A DNA stretch of 64,000 nt from Squalus acanthias (Eukaryota), in the NCBI GenBank assembly GCA_030390025.1, contig CM059432.1, positions 10,850,001-10,914,000 on the forward strand, written 5' to 3'. Below are positions 1 through 13,444 of this stretch, one piece after another. The position numbers and the translations under genes are program-made. Position 1 is the stretch's first letter, and every line of letters begins with the position of its first letter. A model generated the notes under the pieces. The model saw only the letters and a list, made by a program, of their open reading frames with translations, ran no database searches and had not been told where the DNA came from.

Positions 1-2065
1 TGGGGGGGGGGGGGAAATCAGAAAACAAACTTCTTAATACCGTGCGTCTTTTACATTTTTCGTGTGATTTTACGAAAATACTGAAAGTTTAGATTCCTCC
101 CCCACCCCATAAACTGGTCAGCTACCATAGCTCCATAAAATATTAAATAAATATATATATATATTATATATAAATAATCTTCTCATATTTAAAATAAGAT
201 AGATCTCCAATTTGTCAAACCCATATCCCACCATTCTATGGGTCCACACATCACAGGTCCAAGTTTTCTTTATTGGAATGGAACAAAATGTAAACGTAGC
301 AAAAACTCTTGAGGTTTTAATGAGCCATTAAAAGTTAAATGCAAGTCATGTGGGGTTTGTTTGTATGAGGAAGAGATTAATTTTGAAAATCCAGTTCTGT
401 CAGGGTCATTGTTTTGGAAAGCTACTGTGTCAGTTGACTTTAAAAATATTTTAAGTAAAAAAAAAACACAAGCAAGCGTTTTTAAGACTTCCCCTGCTCT
501 GCTTCTATTTAGGGCTATCCTTCAGCACAGTGCTAAAATCCTCTAAGATTATACCACCAGAGTGTGAAAAGTTACCAGAGTTAATACCAAAGGGCAAGCA
601 TATCAAAATACATACCGTCAAATTTCTATACTGTGACATCCCTATTTGAGTCCTTATTTAGTCATAAATTGTCCAGTAAATCAGACAGACAGGGAAGAAA
701 GGCAACATGCTAAGTTTTAGTATACTGGTTCCCTCTCCGCAGATGCTGCCTGACCTACTGAGTGTTTCCAGCATCTTTTGATTGCGTAGAAAAGGGCCAA
801 ATGTAATTGGTTAAGTAACTCATTGACCTCGAACTGTCAAACCGAGGTCAAATCCCAGTCTTGACTATGTTTGTATTTAAGCTTCTCCTTTCTCCAGATA
901 GCAAGCTTCTTCAGTCTCAGCACAACCATCTGCAGTAAAAAGCCACTCCTGAAACATGTGGCCAGGTCTGCAGGGTCAATCACTTCACTCTACCAAACAA
1001 GATAAATTGGGGATGTGGGAATAGGGAAAAGGAAGGAACCAAAAAAGTAATTTCTTATACTATTTAACATTACAAGTGCTTAGAAATAAAAATTTCGAAA
1101 AATTCTTAAACAAAATTATACAATCTATAATCTAGAACTCGAGATTTTAATAAGTTCTAACAAAATTATGGAATTTTATTTGGCAGCAATGTGCATCTGT
1201 ATTTTTTTCTCTTCCATCTCTTGTTGCAGTACTGTACAATAGGTGCTGGTAGCCTTTTGGTACCTCATCCAAGTGGCTGTTTATCGTGTGCAGGACTAGA
1301 TGCTCAGTAAAGTCATTTGACGGCAGAGACCATCACAACCTATCCGACCTGGTCTTCACACAAGTTACACTCACGCACACTTTCCAACAGGGGTCATGGG
1401 ATATTAATTAAGAGTGGAAACTCTGAGTTTCCCCTTCCCTATTCCAGCGGCACTGAGGCCAACTGTAAGGCTTTAAATGGCTCTGTGGCTGAGATCAGCT
1501 AACTCCGCGCAGAACTACCATCAAACCTGGGGTTTTCTGCGGTGTGTGACTTGGTACCAAGCTGGACAGTGCCTTCATCTGTTCCACTGTCAGGGAGTAC
1601 CCGCCCGTCTTTGACACACACACGCACAAAAAATAAAACAGCTGCGGCAAAGTTTAAAGCATATTGCCTTCCACCAAATCACTAAGTATAGAGACCTTAT
1701 CCCAGGAGCCTACCTCAGTTCTTTTGAAAGGAGGCAGCAGCAAAGAAGCTTGCCAAATTCCTTCAGATCAGAAGGCACAGGTTTAGTAAGCTTGAATATG
1801 GTAGTTGACCCATAGCCACAGAATAAGTGAGACAACAACAACAGTTGCAATTCTCCCTCAGCCTCCATGTATTCTGCTTCATGTATTCAGGTTTCACGTG
1901 GAAAACGATGCTTGAAAAATAGAAAAGCAAACCAGCAGATACTAAACATAACTTCATTTCAAGGCCATCTTGGAGCATAGAAGTGCAGGAACAACTGCCA
2001 ATTTTATTTGGTAAGCTAGGTATCTGATACACAGAGAAACCCATCACCAAGCCACATACAGAAAG

Positions 2066-2290
2066 AAAAGAAATGCATTTATATAGCGTCTTTCACGACC
2101 ACTGGATGTCCCAAAGCGCTTTACAGCCAATTAAGTACTTTTTTTGAAGTGTAGTCACTGTTGTAATGTAGGAAACGCAGCAGCCAATTTGCGCGCAGCA
2201 AGCTCCCACAAACAGCAATGCGATAATGACTAGATAATCTGTTTTTAGCGATGCTGATTGAGGGATAAATATATTGGCCAGAATACCGAG
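2066..2290 (-). mobile_element. SacSINE1-like SINE 3' half
   Basis: Tail and Deu core. Confidence 0.85.
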
Positions 2291-2981
2291 AAATTCACAC
2301 AGGTAAAGCTTTTTTGCGTGCCAGATATAAAGTCCCCAATCCCCCCCTCCCACACCCAAACAGAGACATGTCCACTCACTTAACATTTTGTTGAAACAAA
2401 CTTCTACCTAGATGACCAAATGTTCTTGATTCTATAAACTCAGACTGCTACGCTCTGTAGATATCAACAAAATGATAACTCTTTGAAAGAAATTAAGTAT
2501 GTAATAACATAAATTTCTGCCAATTACATTTTCCAAAATAAGTGGAACTCCAAAGCAATTTTAACATGAATTTTGTTTTGGTCTTATGCATCAGATAGCA
2601 CTCTGTCAAAATAAATGAAAACATGAAGTGTACTAGCCCCATTTGCAGAAATAAGGGCAAGCAAACAGTTTAAAAATAAGTTTAGATCACAAGAAATTAT
2701 TAAGTGGATGTAAAATAGTTTCTGCGATACAAGATTAAAATCGCAATAGGTACCATTTACCAAACAGTTTAATTTTTAAATCGCTCTTTTTCCATGAACT
2801 GAGCATACTGGGTGCTCACCAACTGATAGCTAACAGCCTGCAATAGCTGCCACGTGAAACCCGAGCGAGACAGGTAACAGCCCTCAATTGAGTAACTGCT
2901 ATAAATATATATAAGGATAAGTGCAGAAATATACAAGGCCCGCACCAGCTAGCAGTTTCCACTGAGCATCTCAACCCTTAA

Positions 2982-3685
2982 GAACATAGGAACACAAGAA
3001 CTAGGAGCAGGAGTAGGTCATCCAGCCCCTCGAGCCTGCTCCGCCATTCAATAAGACCATGGCTGATCTTTGACCTCAACTCCACTTTCCCGCCCTATCC
3101 CCATATCCCTTGATTCTCTTAATATCCAAAAATCTATCGCTCTCTGTCTTGAATATACTCAATGACTAAGCCTCCACAGCCCTCTGGGGTAGAGAATTCC
3201 AAAGATTCACAACCCTCTGAGTGAAGAAATTTCTCCTCATCTCAGTCCTAAATGGCCGACCCCTTATCCTGAGACTGTGGCCCCTAATTCTAGACTCCCC
3301 AGCCGGGGGAAACATCCTCCCAGCATCTACCCTGTCAAGCCCTTTAAGAATTTTATATGTTTTAATGAGATCACCTCTCATTCTTCTAAACTGTAGGGAA
3401 TATAGAATCTCTCTTCCTAGGACAACTCCCTCATCCCAGGAATCAGTCTAGTGAACCTTCCTTGCACTCTCTCTATGGCAAGTATATCCTTCCTTGGGTA
3501 AGGAGACCAAAACTGTACACAGTACTCCAGGTATGGTCTCACCAAGGCCCCATATAACTGCAGTAAGACGTCTTTACTCTTGTACTCCAATCCCTTTGTA
3601 ATAAAGGCTTACAGCATTTGCTTTCCTAATTGCTTGCTGTACCTGCATATTAACTTTCTATGATTAGTGTACAAGGACACCCAGC
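2982..3685 (-). mobile_element. CR1 LINE 3' fragment
   Basis: RGDLIKTYKI..FFTQRVVNLWNSLP C-terminus and CR1 3' UTR with ttcttatg-like tail. Confidence 0.9.
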
Positions 3686-3804
3686 ATGGAAGGTCCCCTG
3701 GATACTATGAGGATATTCACTACTGAAGGGAGCCAACCCTCCTTTATTGAAGCTGACCCTCTTCACAGAAATTCCATCAAATGTAGGTTCCCAAATCCAC
3801 CACT

Positions 3805-4320
3805 GGCTCAGAGAGCTTAAGTGCTATGCAATACAGATCATGCAATTCCCAGGTTTGAATTACGGTCTGTGCTGAGTTCGCTAATCTCGGCCATTAATTA
3901 GCTTCAGCTCCCCTGAATTCGGAAGGGATAAATACACTCAGGATTTCTTAATCGCTATCCAGTGATTCTTGCTGCAAGGGCACATAGCCTAGACTTGGCA
4001 TTATTTTAACATTCGGGTGAACCTGATTAAAAATAAAATACATTTAAATGGGCTAAAATAACAGATTGCAAGATGTAAGCTTCTTGTGGTACCGAGAAGA
4101 TCTCAGGTTCAGGTCATGCTGAATTAGCTGATCACAACCAAGGCAGCAATTGGGGCTCCAGTTAGTATCAGCATTCTGGAGCTAGGGATGGGGATGGATG
4201 AATGAAATCAGGGTTCTTGCTCCGTACTGCTATGCAGTGATGACTATTGGAAGTGTATGTGTGGGTGTTCTATGCGAACAGCATCTGTGATGCCCTCAAT
4301 TGGCAAACACCCTGCTGACA
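3805..4320 (+). mobile_element. Two degenerate copies of an older SINE-like repeat (related minus-strand copy at ~1300-1590)
   Basis: Shared motif gtgctgagtt(a/c)gct(g/a)atc(t/a)c and B-box-like ggtttgaatt; family not named. Confidence 0.5.
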
Positions 4321-4699
4321 TTTACTGTCAGGTTCTATCTGAAGAATGACCATTTGCACAAGGTAACCAGGGGCTGTGGCACCTGTGGAACACTATGTCA
4401 GCCTGCAGGAGAGGACAGAAAATCAGAAAACAACTTTTTTTAAAAAAAAGGAATCCTACTGAGATGCATTGCATAACAAGAGATTTTTTTCTCTCATGTT
4501 TCTTTGCAGCGCATTGTTTCATTGACTCTTCACCATCAAAGCACTCTGATCCTACATCATTTGATTCATATAATTCACCAGGCTCAGCTGATTCATAAAT
4601 CAATGAAAAGCCACTTCCATTAGGGCCAAAGAAGGCTTGGATGGTCTGTTGATTGGGCATGGTGCCCATAGCACCGCAGTACCAAAGTACTTGTCACTG

Positions 4700-6010
4700 C
4701 TATGGCTACCCAATGCGTAACTAGAGGAAATTACAGCTCATCCAAGACTGGACGTTGTACAAGCAATCTGACAATACAGAGGCAGCGGAGAGGGTCAAGA
4801 GACACGGCAAAGCTGTAGAGCGGGAAGTCATCATGCATATGTGGAAGCGGACTCCCATGTCTTTAGATAAGGTCACCAAGGGGCAGCATGTAGATGGGGA
4901 AGAGGAGAAGGGCAAGGATACATCCTTGGGGGACTCCAGAGGTAATGGTGAGGGGGCAAGCAGGGATGCCATTTCTGGAGATGCACCGGCTACAATCGGA
5001 TAGGTTCAGAGTGGAACCAGCAAGTGCAGTCCCACTGAGCTAGACAACGTAGGAGAGACAGAGGAGGATGGTTTGGCCGGCAGTGTAAAAAGCAACAGAG
5101 AGATTAAGAAGCACGAGGAGGGATAATGCACCATGGTCACAATCACAGAGGATGTCACTTGTGATTTTGATTAGAGCCCCTTCAGTGCTGTAACCTGATT
5201 TAAGAGATTCAAACATGGACTTGCAGGAAAGATGGAAGTGGATTTGTGAGACGGCAACATGTTCAAGGACTTTATAAATGAAAAGGCGGTTAGGTGGTAG
5301 TTTGCAAGGACAAAAGGATCAAAGGTGAGTTTTTGTGAGGAGCAGGGTGATGATGATGAGTGTGAAAGGGAGAGGGACAGTACTAAGAAGAGGGAACCAT
5401 TTACAAAGTCAGCTGGTCTAGGGATGGAAGTTGGGTGTTCAGCAGTTTAGTGGGAGTGGGGGCAAGGGAGCAGGCAATAGGGGCTCATAGCCAAGATGAG
5501 CTCAGAGAGGACATGAAGGGAGATAGGAGTGAAACTAAAGAAAGACTGGTTCAGGGGTAAGGCAGGGGGATTCTGTTGGGAGGTTTGGCTTGGTGGGCAA
5601 GGGGATGGGGGGGGAATGAGGTGTAAGCAATAGAGGCAGCTGAATGAATGGTCTCATCTTAGCAACAAATTAGTCCATGAACCCCTCACACTTGTTGTTG
5701 GAGTTGAGGGCAGAGGGGGCGGGAAGAGTTTTAAGGAAGTTTTGATAGTGGAGAAAAGAAGCCGGGGGGGTTGGGGGTCATCACTGCTCTTCAGGATGAT
5801 TCTGAAGCAGTGGGTTGTTTTGGCAGTGGACAGTCAGCCCCAATAGCGGCTGAATGCGGTCTAGCCAGATCTGGTGACGAATGGCGAAACCAATTATGCA
5901 CCAGACACGTGCAAGTCTGGGCCTCTTGGATTTGAGCTAGTGAAGATGGGAACCATACCAGGGGGAACGACCAGGATGGGAGAATAAAGGTTTTACTGGG
6001 GACAAGGGTT
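4700..6010 (-). mobile_element. Degenerate L2 LINE fragment
   Basis: Homologous to the 36995-38450 element (FHI.., SWMSCNFL remnants). Confidence 0.7.
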
Positions 6011-6029
6011 TCTTGCTACTCTCTCCAGT

Positions 6030-6632
6030 CCCTTAATAATTTTAAACGCCACTATCAAAGCACCTCTTAATCTCCTCTGTTCGAATGAAAACAGCCACAA
6101 TTTTTCAAGTCTTTCTTCATATTAGTATTTCCTCATACCAGGTAACGTCCTAGTGAATTCGCTACTACCTCAATATCCTTCCTATAGCGTGGAACCCAAA
6201 ACTGCACGCAGTACTCTGACTGCAGTCTTACTAAGGTTTTATACAGATTCACCATAGCATCATAACCTTTATATTCTAAACCTCTTTGCATAAGACCCTG
6301 TATCCATTCGCTTTTTTATGATCTGATTCACTTGCTTTTAATGTCTTGTGAACTTCCACATCACCCAGCTTTCCCCCAAAGTAAAATTATTACTTTTAAA
6401 ACCGAAACGTACCACGTCACATTTACTAACATTGAATTCTATCTGCCACCTTTTTGCCCATACCACCATCTTATCAATATCTCTTTGCAGCTTATACAAG
6501 GTGGTAAGAATTAGGAGCAGGAGTAGGCCATATGGCCCCTTGAGCCTGCTCCACCATTCAATAAGACCATGGCTGAATGTCGACCTCAACTCCACTTTCC
6601 CACCCGATCCCCATATCCCTCGATTCCTTTGA
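6030..6632 (-). mobile_element. Degenerate CR1 fragments
   Basis: LQRDIDKMVVWAKRWQIEFNVSKC plus a CR1 3' UTR piece at 6505-6632. Confidence 0.7.
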
Positions 6633-6665
6633 TTCTCAGAATTATTTACTATACCTACTATTTTA

Positions 6666-7055
6666 GAAAAAAAAAGACTTGCATTTATATAGTGCCTTTC
6701 ACGACCACCGGACGTCCCAAAGCGCTTTACAGCCAATTAAGTACTTTTTGAAGTGTAGTCACTGTTATGATGTAGGAAACGCAGCAGCTAATTTGCGCAC
6801 AGCAAGGTCCCACAAACAGCAATGTGATAATGACCAGATAATCTGTTTTTGGTGATGCTGATTGAGGGATAAATATTGGCCAGGACACCAGGAATAACTC
6901 CCCTGCTCTTCTTTGAAATAGTGCCATGGGATCTTTTACGTGCACCTGAGAGAGCCTCTGTTTAACATCTCATCCAAAAGACAGCACCTCTGACAGTGCA
7001 GCACTCCCTCAGTGCTGCATTGGAGTGTCAGCCTAGATTTGTGTGCTCAAGTCTC
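6666..7055 (-). mobile_element. SacSINE1-like SINE, 5'-truncated
   Basis: Tail, core and part of the head. Confidence 0.85.
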
Positions 7056-7889
7056 TTTTTAGGATCATTTGTAAATTTTGACACCGCTCCCTCTAGTCCT
7101 ATATCCAAATCATTGATGTAGACAGTGAACAGAAGTAGTCTCAGATCAGAAAACTGTGTGGCACCACTAAATACTTCCAAACACTGAGAAACTGGCCTTA
7201 GCTCCTGCTCAGTTTCCTCCCTTCTAACCAATTTGCTACCCTCCACCTAATTTTTATCAGAGAAGAAAATTAAGTCACGCTATGTACACAGTTATAAGTC
7301 ACAGATATACAGATTCCAACTCATTCAAAACAGTAACTACATTAAAAAGTGATCAGACAGAAACAACCATATAGAAAAATTAAAAATATATCAAGTCCTT
7401 TACCAAATGCAATGCAATAGTTCTCCAATTTGTCATAATGGTATTAGCCAAAGTAAAAAGACAAGTTGACTGAAGCAACATAGGCCCCAATCAAGCAATT
7501 GTGAACACCAAAAATAAACAAGTTTCAGGAGCGGCGATCTTGCAAAGTTTGAAACTTGCTGAAAAATTAATCTGACCTACTCACGCATAAATACTTTCTC
7601 CTGGCGCCAACCGAGGAAAAATAACTGTGGTACCTTCCCAAAACAAGGCCTATATATAGACATCTGCCAATTGCAAATGGATGACCATCAGCCTCTGAAC
7701 TCCATGTGCAGCACTAAAAACCTCAAAAGAAATGCATTCCTATAGGAATTTCCCTGTTCATTTGGGGGTTGGAGGTTAAACGAATTGGGAATCGACGCAT
7801 TTTTCACATAACACTACCGCAAAAATTTCAATATTCTCAATCGCACTCTGCAACAATCACTCTTTGTGGTTCATTCTACATCTACCTAC

Positions 7890-7990
7890 CTGGGTTAAAA
7901 TGTAGTTTCTCTGGGCCTCTTCCATGACAATTAGGCTTGCATTGATATAATCATTGTCTGCTTTCTGAAGCTTAACACGGCTGTGGTCAA
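7890..7990 (-). CDS. PTPN2: PTPN2 coding exon 3 (101 bp)
   Basis: TAG acceptor and GTAGGT donor; phase-1 join gives [34 protein letters not shown] with the DYINAS and YILTQ PTP motifs. Later exons were not found and presumably lie left of the window. Confidence 0.95.
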
Positions 7991-8378
7991 CTACAATTAA
8001 AAAATAATTTAAAAAAATATATTAATACTTTAATGGAGATGTCAGATCACAATTAACATTTTAGATCATGTTACACTTATACATGCAGTATAAAATAAGA
8101 AGTACTAAAACTTAAATGGGGTGGTGGACCTGGATTTGAATCCGGATCAACTGATGAAATGAAAGTCTCCTTCCTCAATTGGCAGCAGGGGGCTGAAATG
8201 AAAGGAGATGAGATTGAGCAGTCTCAAACCATTAACCTAGCTCATGGGATACCTGTTCTGGGAGTGCTTGATCCCGACACTGGCTGCACGAAATGGAAAA
8301 ATACTCCATCCTCACCTTGATTTAATAAGAATGGGGCACGGAGAACCTGAACACTCAACTTAGGATTTATGAATACAA

Positions 8379-9109
8379 GGGGTAGATTTTCTCCCGAACA
8401 GACTTTGAGCAGCCAGCCGCCTGATCGTACCTGCCGCCCTGCTCCCCCGCCCCCACCCCTAGCCCGATAGTCCCAGCAGGCGGCCCAGTCCATTTTGGGA
8501 GCCAGACCTCATCAGCATTCAGCCAGTGGGCTGCGGGTGGAAAACAAGCTCCGCGGGGCATTCCACCGGCTCTGGCCGCCGCAACAACACGGTGTGGCCT
8601 CCCGGCCGGAGAAGCAGCTGCAGCGGCACAGACTGGTTTTGTGGAGCCCCGGAGGAGCACTCCTAACCCCGCCAAACCACATAAAGATACAGAAAAACTT
8701 ACGCGCAGGCTCCTCTTTGGCTGGACTGCCAGTTAACACTGGGCGAAGCGGGCAAGAGGCACACTTCACCCAGTACGAAGCGGCGTGCCCGTTAAGCTGC
8801 GCTGTCTGGAGATTCCGCGCGGGAAGCTTGCCAGCTTCACAGTGAAAAAAACCACGCATCCACGGAAATTTGAATGGGCCGCACACACCCCCAAAAAAGA
8901 GGGAATATCGGTCATAAGACCCCGATTTGCGCATTAAAAGGGCGCACTGCCCGACTCAGGCAGGCACGCCAGCCACCCAGCGGCAGGCCCGTGGGAAGAT
9001 TGCACCGGCCACAGCCACGGTGGGAACAGGGCTGCAAGTCATTCTCCACTATTTTTAGGTCGCTACGTTCCCGTTTCCACCGGGCGGGGCTGGCCTCAAA
9101 ATCTTCCCC
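8379..9109. mobile_element. Putative non-autonomous DNA transposon (Harbinger-like MITE)
   Basis: CpG-rich 730-bp block in an AT-rich intron bounded by GGGGTAGATTTT / AAAATCTTCCCC imperfect TIRs; TSD not clean; no transposase seen. Confidence 0.5.
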
Positions 9110-9699
9110 CCACCCTCCCAAAGAATATATTACTTTTCTCTAATTTCATTCAAAGAACACGTATTACTTCACAATTTCAAATACTTCTGCACATTGCTTG
9201 AATTATAAAATTAAAAAATTAAAAAGTTAGTAAAACTGCAAGAGATATTTGCTATTCAAAGGTTAAAAGGGAAACCTACACTAAAATTATGATTCAATTA
9301 ACAGGGATCTTTTAAAACTCTACACTTTTACCCAGTAATTTCAAAGTGCCAACAGTACCATAGCCATTTTTGAAGCTCACTCACTGTTATTATATTAGGC
9401 AAGTCAATTTGCTTTCAGCATGGTCCTAGAAACAACATGCAAGATAAAATGACCAGTTAATCTGGTTTTGGCAGTGCCTCCTCAGCAATAAACACTGGCC
9501 AGGACAATATTTTCTTCAAATACATCCACCTGAACAGACAAACAGAACGTCTAACAATGCAACACTCCCCGAGCACTGCACTGAAGTGTCAGCCTACATT
9601 ATGTGTTCAAGTCCGTAGATGGGTTTGAACTCTCAATGTTCGACTTAGGGGCACCACCCCCAATGCTTCCGCATCCCTAGAGCTGCCCCAGTGGAAAAA

Positions 9700-10151
9700 A
9701 AGACAGACTTGCATTTATATAGCGCCTTTCACGACCACCGGACGGCCCAAAGTGCTTTACAGCCAATGAAGTACTTTTTGAAGTGTAGTCACTGTTGAAA
9801 TGTAGGAATCGCAGCAGCCAATTTGCGCACAGCAAGCTCTCACAAACAGCAATGTGATAATGACCAGATAATCTGTTTTTGTGATGTTGATTGAGGGATA
9901 AATATTGGCCAGGACACCAGGGATAACTCCCCTGCTCTTCTTCGAAATAGTGCCATGGGATCTTTTACATCCACCTGAGAGAGCAGACAGGGCCTCGATT
10001 TAACGTCTCATCCGAAAGACGGCACCTCCGATAGTGCAGTACTGAGGGAGTCTCAGCCTAGATTTTTGGGCTCAAGTCCCTGGAGTGGGACTTGAACCCA
10101 CAACCTTCTGACTCAGAGGTGAGGGTGCTACCAACTGAGCCACAGCTGACC
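9700..10151 (-). mobile_element. Full-length tRNA-derived Deu-core SINE (SacSINE1-like)
   Basis: A-box TGGCTCAGTTGG, B-box GGTTCAAGTCCC, Deu core (cacattgctgtttgtg..aaattggctgc), L2-like tail gaaaggcgctatataaatgcaag. Confidence 0.88.
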
Positions 10152-11544
10152 CCCAGTGTTGCAAGAACCTTCCTCTCTGGTGCTCCCTCACCGTGTGACA
10201 TCCCCCCCCGCCCAAATAATATTGCAAAAACCCCAAGCCCCCCATCCCATCGCCGCTAAACCTCAGACCCTGTACCAGTGCTAGATCTCAGTAGCACTCA
10301 CGATGCTGATCAATATCCCTGGTAATACTACTTGATCGAATACATTGTGTACGCACACAACCTAGACTCAGTGAGCAATGTCACTAGAGATCTGCTAGTA
10401 AAGCAGAAAAACTAATTTGGCAAGAATCACAATAAACTGTTGTGGAGTATAGTGTGGGTGGGGTGAAGGAATGCACAATGAGCAACATTTCCACTTGTGG
10501 TAGCCTGTAAGTTGCTGCTATTATCAAGCCAGCCCAACTAAGGAAATATATTGTATATCACATCTGTATTTCGCTGTGCAGTAAGTTCAATAAAACTCAA
10601 CCTAGGACAAAGTTGAAAATGTAAGAAAAAGTGGTTTGAACTCCCTGCTAGCATTCTATGGATGAGAATGATTTATCAAAGTTAAAGAGCAGAAGAAAAA
10701 TAGACGACAATGGATATTTTGCTTAATGAAAATTATCGAATTTGGAACAATTAAAACTGACATACGCCTGACCATTAATGCTTGCCTTCACCAGGTTCTC
10801 AACATAAGTTACATTATGATGTAGAACTGCTTGTGCGACCACTCTATGTGTAGAGTGTGTGTAATATTTTATTCATCCCCAACAGTACCTTTAAAATTAA
10901 AAATAAGAGTTAAAAATGCAACCTCTCCAATTTAAGTTTTAAAATGGTGGTAACTATGTAGATGACAAAAATATTCACTAATGGTCGTACTGTACTGAAA
11001 AGGCTTAGATTTTAAATAAAACACAACTATCATTTGTTTGGAGTAATTTAACACAGCAGCATACGAGTCATTCTAAATAAGCTGCATTTTCCAAAATAGA
11101 CACATTCAGTTCGTTTCTACATCAGTAAGGGTCCAATAATGTTTCCATAATCATGTTTACAATGCTTACATCTCAGGTGCCAACAGGAAAAGTTCTACTC
11201 TTTCTGGTAAACCAAAGCGCTAGTGTTCTCGGAAAGATGACATCACTGTTGCAGAAAGATGAACTAATGTAATACTATGAATAGTTCCTGATGCAGCCTA
11301 CACACAAATACAGCTGCTTAACTCTTCAACTGCTGGGAAGATACATTCTTGAATTAGAATATTGAACACTAAATTATCAGCTACTTTTTGTGTAAAATTA
11401 AGTGTACAAAAAGGTTTACACATTTTATCAGGTCACTAAATGAGGTACCTATCCCTGTGGAGTTGCTGATCGTGGATTCGGTCTAGCCCTGGTCTTTAGG
11501 TAGCTCTTATTCAGTTGCAGCAAGCTGCTACTTTCTTTTGTCGG

Positions 11545-13243
11545 GAAAATGCTGGAATCTATTGTTAAGGAAGTGGTGTCAGTGTACTTAGAAAATCATA
11601 AGATGATTAGGCAGAGTCAACATGGTTTTATGAAAGGGAAATCATGTCTGACAAATTTATTAAGAGTTTTATCAGGATGTTCTTCTTCTTCTTCTTAGGC
11701 CTTGGTGAGACCACACCTTGAGTATTGTGTGCAGTTTTGGTCGCCTTATCTGAGGAAGGATGTTCTTGCCATGGAGGGAGTGCAGCGAAGATTCACCAGA
11801 CTGATACCTGGGATGGCAGGAATGACGTATGAAGAGAGATTGGGTCGATTAGGCTTATATTCGCGAGAGTTTAGAAGAATGAGAGGGGATCTCATTGAAA
11901 CTTATAAAATTCTAACAGGACTAGACAGACTAGATGCAGGAAGGATGTTCCCGATGGCCGGGGAGTCCAGCACCAGAGGTCACAGTCTAAGGATAAGGGG
12001 TAAGCCATTTAGGACTGAGATGAGGAGGAATTTCTTCACCCAGAGAGTGGTGAACCTGTGGAATTCTCTACCACAGAAGGCAGTTGAGGCCAATTCCTTA
12101 AATATATTCAAGAAGGAGATAGATATATTTCTTACGGCTAAAGGGATCAAGGGATATGGGGAGAAAGCAGGGACAGGGTACTGAATTTGGATGATCAGCC
12201 ATGATCTCATTAAATAGCGGTGCAGGCTCGAGGGGCCGAATGGCCTACTCCTGCTCCTATCTTCTATGCTTCTATGCTTCTATTAATGACCTAGATGAAG
12301 GGACAGAGTGTAATGTATCCAAGTTTGCTGACGATACAAAGCTAGGTGAGACAGTAAGCTGTGAGGAGAACACAAAGCGTCTGCAAAAGGATATAGATAG
12401 ACTAAGTGAGTGGGCAGTAAGGTGGTAGATGGAGTATAATGTAGGGAAATGTGAGGTTATTCACTTTGATAGGAAGTATACAAAAACAGAATATTTTTTA
12501 AATGGTGAGAAACTGTTAAATGTTGGTGTTCAAAGAGATATCGGTGTCCTCATGCAAGAAACATAGAAAGCTAGCATGCAGGTACAGCAAACAATAAGGA
12601 AGGCAAATGGCATGTTGGCATTTATTGCAAGGGGGTTGCAGTACAAGAGTCAGGAAGTCGTGCTACAATTGTACAGGGCCTTGGTGAAACCACGCCTGGG
12701 GTACTGTGCACAGTTTTGGTCTCATTATCTAAGGAAGGATATACTTGCCTTGGAGGCGGTGCAACGAAGGTTCACTCGATTGATTCCTGGGGTGAGAGGG
12801 CTGTCCTATGATGAAAAATTGTGTAGAATGGGCCTATACTCTCTGGACTTTAGAAGAATGAGAGGTGATCTCATTGTAACATACAAGATTCTGAAGGGGA
12901 CTGACAGGGTAGACGTTGAGAGGTTGTTTCCCCTGGCTGGAGTGTCTAGAACTAGGGGGCATAGTCTCAGGATAAAGGGTAGGCCATTTAAGACTGAGAT
13001 GAGGAGGAATTTCTTCACTCAGAGGGTTGTGAATCTTTGGAATTCTCTACCCGAGGGCTGTGGATGCTGAGTCGTTGAGTATATTCAAGGCTGAGATAGA
13101 TAGATTTTTGGACTCTAGGGATATCAAGGGATATGGAGATCAGGCAGGAAAATGGAGTTGAGGTGGATGATGATCTTATTGAATGGCGGAGCAGGCTCGA
13201 GGGGCCGTATGGCCTAATCCTGCTCCTATTTCTTATGTTTCTT
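11545..13243 (+). mobile_element. Nested/tandem CR1 LINE fragments
   Basis: VRPHLEYCVQFWSP..; KFADDTKLG; two CR1 3' UTRs ending at ~12280 and ~13243. Confidence 0.9.
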
Positions 13244-13444
13244 TGTCCCCCCCTTATGACTCTATATATCCATTCACTTGCTACTCTTCAGCTCCAATCT
13301 TTGTTTTTGTACCTCGATTTGCCTCCACAATATTGAATCATGTTCATTATCAGTGTTTGTCATGATCTGTCTCTCGTACGTGTATCGGTCTGTATTTCAT
13401 TGTGCAATGTGTTCCATCTCTGTCAGCTGATCAGTCAATCGGCT

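Noticed and set aside
1..7889. PTPN2 exon 4 (GPL..HFW.MVW)
   Set aside because: No matching minus-strand segment found by eye; probably outside the window.
9700..10151. SINE heads as tRNA genes
   Set aside because: The A/B boxes run directly into the Deu core and LINE-like tail; no complete cloverleaf.
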